Shown: piece by piece, positions 56,730-64,000 of the stretch | How positions within the stretch are numbered: the stretch's first letter is position 1 | Layout: each line of letters opens with the position of its first letter | Source of the DNA: Salpingoeca rosetta | Taxonomy: Eukaryota; Protista; Choanoflagellata | Length of the DNA stretch: 64,000 nucleotides | Reading direction: 5' to 3' | NCBI GenBank assembly: GCA_033442325.1 | Contig: JAWQFM010000001.1 | Coordinates: 382,966 to 446,965 of the forward strand | The notes under the pieces: generated by a model | What the model was told of the DNA's origin: nothing | What the model saw: only the letters and a program-made list of their open reading frames with translations | The model's database searches: none | Translations under genes and position numbers: made by a program

Positions 56730-57746
56730 GGGATCAAAACGAACCCCAAGACAACAACTCCCCACACAAGGCACTCGCTGGTGGGGCAACAGGAGCAGTA
56801 GGTGCACGCTTGTACACGTGCGCTCGCTCGTGCTTGTGCGGCTGGCTCTACTGTCGCCACCTCCACGACTGTGCTCTTTTTCTTGATGTTGTTGGGGTTT
56901 TAGTGTTGTTGTTCTCTTGCAGTCTTCTCTCCCCCACCTCTCCTCTGGGAAGGACGCACCACTGCTGATATCCCACGTGGCGTAGCTGTTGTCGTTTCGG
57001 CGCTGCTGCTGCTGCTGCGCGTCGTTAATGATAATGGCTAGGCCACACCTTTTTTTGATGCTCGATCCTTTCTCTGTTGCTCTTTTTTTTTTCCGTCTTC
57101 ATCTCTCTTTCGCTCGCGCTCGCTCTTGCCTGTATGCTGTCGATTACCGCTTTGCCCTTGGTGGCTTTGCTCTATGTTGCTAGCCCCCTCCCCTCTACCC
57201 CTTTTAATCTCTCGCTTTTATCCCTCGTCTATTACTTCTTTTGTCTCCGGGTTGGTTGTCATCCTGTGTTTCCTGCTTCGTGTATGGCTATGTGTGTTTG
57301 TATTTCCTAACAAAAACGCCCCCCTGACACCTCCCTAGTTGACCCCCCCTTGCATCCTTGCCTTACCCTCACGACGACGTGCGTGGTGGAAGTTGGGTTG
57401 TGGTGTGCTGTTGGAAGATTGTGTGGGTGAGTGTGTGCGTGTTGCTTGATTGCGCACTCGCATGTGTGATGGGTGTTTACGTGCTTGCTCAGACAACCTC
57501 ACTCTCTTTTTTTGTCCTGAATGGTTGCCTGGGCCATGCTCGTGTGCACCTCCCCCCACCTTCCCTTGCTTGCATGCACCGAGCACACTTCCTTCTTCCT
57601 CCACGTCACCTGTCTGTTCATGCCTTGCGCATGCGTGCCTTGTTTGCATTGTTTGCCGTTTTGCATGTGTTTGCCCACTACCACGGTGTTGGGGCGGCGC
57701 AGAACAAGTACACAATGCAAAAGAACAACAATGATACAGTCTAGTG

Positions 57747-57795
<49 letters not shown>

Positions 57796-57907
57796 TTGGG
57801 GGATGCGTTTGCGGAGTTGCGTGATGTGATTGAGCAGTTTACTGTGGTGTGGAGAGAGACAAGACGACAGACAGGAAGCAACGAGAAGAGAGCCTTTGAG
57901 GTGCGGG

Positions 57908-61197
<3,290 letters not shown>

Positions 61198-61513
61198 GGC
61201 TGGTGCAGCCCGGGCTGCGAGCCAGCTCACAACCTGTAACAAGGCGAAACAGCACAGTGAACGTGGCATGACAGCATGCGGTCAGTGCATGCGGCCAAGA
61301 ACAAGTCGTCACATGTGCCACCACTACCGGCAGCATCGCGCACACAAGCAAGCGAATAGGTGGAAGCTGACGGCTGCTTGTTGGTGTTTCATCGCCTTTC
61401 ATCTCCACAGCACAGCACAGCACAGCACCCACGTTGCGAGCAGCGAGCATCGTTGGTTTGGCGGACGCAAGATTGCACGGATGGATATGAGCTCCTTTTT
61501 GTGGTGTCGTGTA

Positions 61514-61668
<155 letters not shown>

Positions 61669-61834
61669 GATGTCACATGTCACGTAAGAGACATGTCATT
61701 GCGGCACGGTTCATTTACTGGAGAACAACGAAACAAGAGCAACACCACTGCGTGAATCAGCAGAGTGACACGAAGGCGTCCTCCTCACGTCTCAGTACTC
61801 ATCATCAACACCACCACCATCGCCGTGGCCATCG

Positions 61835-62073
61835 TCACGCCGTGTCCGTGAAGAGGGAGGCCGCAACACTTCCAATCACCAGGAACACGCACGTGCTTTG
61901 AACTGCTCGTAGCGCCACCGCCGCGTTGTTCTACAGGCAGCAGGCGTGATACCACGGAATTGCATGACGGTGACAGGGTGTGAGCGTGTGCAAACCAACA
62001 AGACACAGCGTCCAGCATCTCAACACACATACGCGCGCGCACACACACACACACAGACATAGACACACGCATC

Positions 62074-62118
<45 letters not shown>

Positions 62119-62748
62119 CTGGAGCATGCCCTGGAGAAAGAGGATGCCAGCGAATGTGTAGTATCCGTATGCTGCTCCTGTCCCAATCACTGCCGGGAGC
62201 CCAACGAACCTAACAACACAAGCACAGCGTGAGGCCAGTGAGCTTGCCATCCACACGACCACACGACCACGTGTCCACGCGGCTACCTTGCAACACAACA
62301 GCGCAAGGGGAACCTTTGCGAGCGTAGAGGCAAACACCTGCATTGAGCTGATCTCTGGCCTTGCTTCCTGCACCCCCCCCCCCCACTGCGTTCTTACTCG
62401 CTCAAGATGCAGACGAGTGCCATGACGAATGCAATGTAGGGGAGCGTGTTGTGCAGCAGCCGCTGCCAGTTTGGCTGGAGCGAACGTCCACTTTTCTTCT
62501 TGCTACCGCTGGCACCTGTGGCGCTACTCTGCGGTTGTTGCTGCTGCTGCGGTTGCTGCTGCTGTGTTCGTGAAGCATCACTGATCGGGGTCGTGGCGTC
62601 TGCTTGAGGCGTTCGCTTCGCACGCTGGCGCAGCCCACCGGCTGCGGCTGTCGTGCTCTGTTGTCCCTCCTCTGTTGGTCTTCTGTCGCTGCTGTCCAGC
62701 ACCACACCGCTTTCTTTCTCATCTTTCTCACCTTTGACCTGTTGCGGG

Positions 62749-62814
<66 letters not shown>

Positions 62815-63050
62815 GGGTGTGTTGTTGCTTCTTCCTGTTCTTGTCCATTGTCGCTGCCTTCTGTTGCAGCTGCCGCTTCTGCTTCTATTGGTACTGCTGT
62901 TGTCGGTGCTGTTGTGGGTGCTTCCTCGGCCGTGTCCAAGGAGTGTGCCACCCCCGTGAGCAAGTCCAAGCGCTTGCCCTCGTTGCCGAGGATGCGGGCC
63001 TTGCGCCGCTCCCGCGCCAGCCGCCGCTTCTCCGCCGCAGAAGAGCTCAT
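61835..63050 (-). CDS. Get2/CAML-like tail-anchored protein insertion receptor, multi-exon
   Basis: N-terminal AEKRRLARERRKARILGNEGKRLDLLTG matches the Get2/CAML Get3-binding pattern (RERR..I...RL..ITG). It is followed by a disordered polyQ linker and about three C-terminal hydrophobic segments. Internal exon boundaries are uncertain. Confidence 0.7.
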
Positions 63051-63110
63051 AGTCAACAGTCTCAAACACCATAAATTGACGGGGAACTAACAACACCACA
63101 ACAAGCGGCG

Positions 63111-64000
63111 ATGACGAACGGCGGCAGCACTGGCTCAGGTGGTGGTGGCGGAGTTGGCGATGGACGTGGAGATGGCGACCACCAGCAGCACCAGCAGCAG
63201 CAGCAGCAGCAGCAACGGCAACAGCGCACAGCATCATCACCTCCAGTCGTTACAGATGTCCAAGGTGTGTGTGTGTGTGTGTGTGATACATGTGTGCGTG
63301 TGTGTGCTGTGCGCTCTGTGATGTGACATGAACAAGACGAAAGACTCAATCTCGGCACTCGCCCATGTTTGTTTGGTCATGGTCGCAGACGAGCTGCAGC
63401 CGTTCTTCCAGGAGGACTTTGACGTGGCCTCCTTCTCCACCAGCGTCATTCGCGGAAAGATGATCCAGCAGCAGCTGGACAAGGTTGGCTGGAAATGTCT
63501 TGCGCGAGGGAAGCTTGGTGCTTGCGATGCTCGCAGAGAGTGTGCAATGCTCGCATGAAAACTGGGCGGCCAGCGGGAGCACTAGCTCACGACCCCGCAT
63601 GCGATGCATGTGTTTCTGTGTCTGTGCGTGTTGCCTGTGTGTTGCCTGTGTGCTGCCTGTGTGCTGTCGCAGTTGAACGCTGGTATCGAACGGATACAGA
63701 AGGAGCTTTATGCGCAGGTACGGCCTTCTCTTGCATGCTGCGCTTGGGGCGCGCCTTTGCCGTTTGGCATTGAGAAGAGTCGGGGTGGAGTAAGGGTAGG
63801 AGGGATCGAACCTGTTCCTGACTGTTGTTCGCCGAATCACATTGCTTTCAGGTTGCATCGAGACACGCAGACTTGATTACCCAAGCGACTGGCATTCAGA
63901 GGCTTGAAGGTGTGCACGCGTTGCATTGCATGACTGCTGCTACTTATGGGTGCACTCTGTGCGCGTCGCTGTGCTGTGTTTGTGAGTGTGAGTGAGTGAG
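63111..64000 (+). CDS. COG5: Conserved oligomeric Golgi complex subunit 5, 5' part (runs off the window)
   Basis: Spliced DELQPFFQEDFDVASFSTSVI..QQLDK|LNAGIERIQKELYAQ|VASRHADLITQATGIQRLE matches the COG5 N-terminal pattern. Confidence 0.85.

Overview
Intron-rich eukaryotic DNA with introns full of (GT)n/(CA)n microsatellites and compact gene spacing. The style and gene content suggest a choanoflagellate such as Salpingoeca, but that is an inference, not a database result. By joining GT-AG exons by hand I find 16 protein-coding genes. In order they are: a RhoGAP with a long disordered tail, the CAF-1 large subunit, a D-2-hydroxyacid dehydrogenase, a hypothetical protein, a ZFAND4/ANUBL1-like UBL+AN1 protein, a PDZ protein, an FN3+PH protein, SF3B3, a BolA3-like protein, a GT64 glycosyltransferase, an internally incomplete RBBP5/Swd1, a small two-repeat protein, an aspartate aminotransferase, COX15, a Get2/CAML-like protein and the 5' part of COG5. 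Most ORFs in the supplied track are microsatellite read-through artefacts. I see no rRNA, tRNA, CRISPR array or transposase. The best leads are: (1) a cyclin-B1-like D-box that is only created by splicing, plus a KEN box, in the RhoGAP; (2) an animal-style E2F + 4 nt + CHR element upstream of CAF-1; (3) a WW domain inside the CAF-1 large subunit; (4) a recurrent 5'-GT / 3'-CA intron layout with no polypyrimidine tract; (5) an RBBP5 missing its central part; (6) Get2/CAML and COG5 start codons only 60 bp apart. None of these is a proven new system, and exon boundaries are manual predictions.
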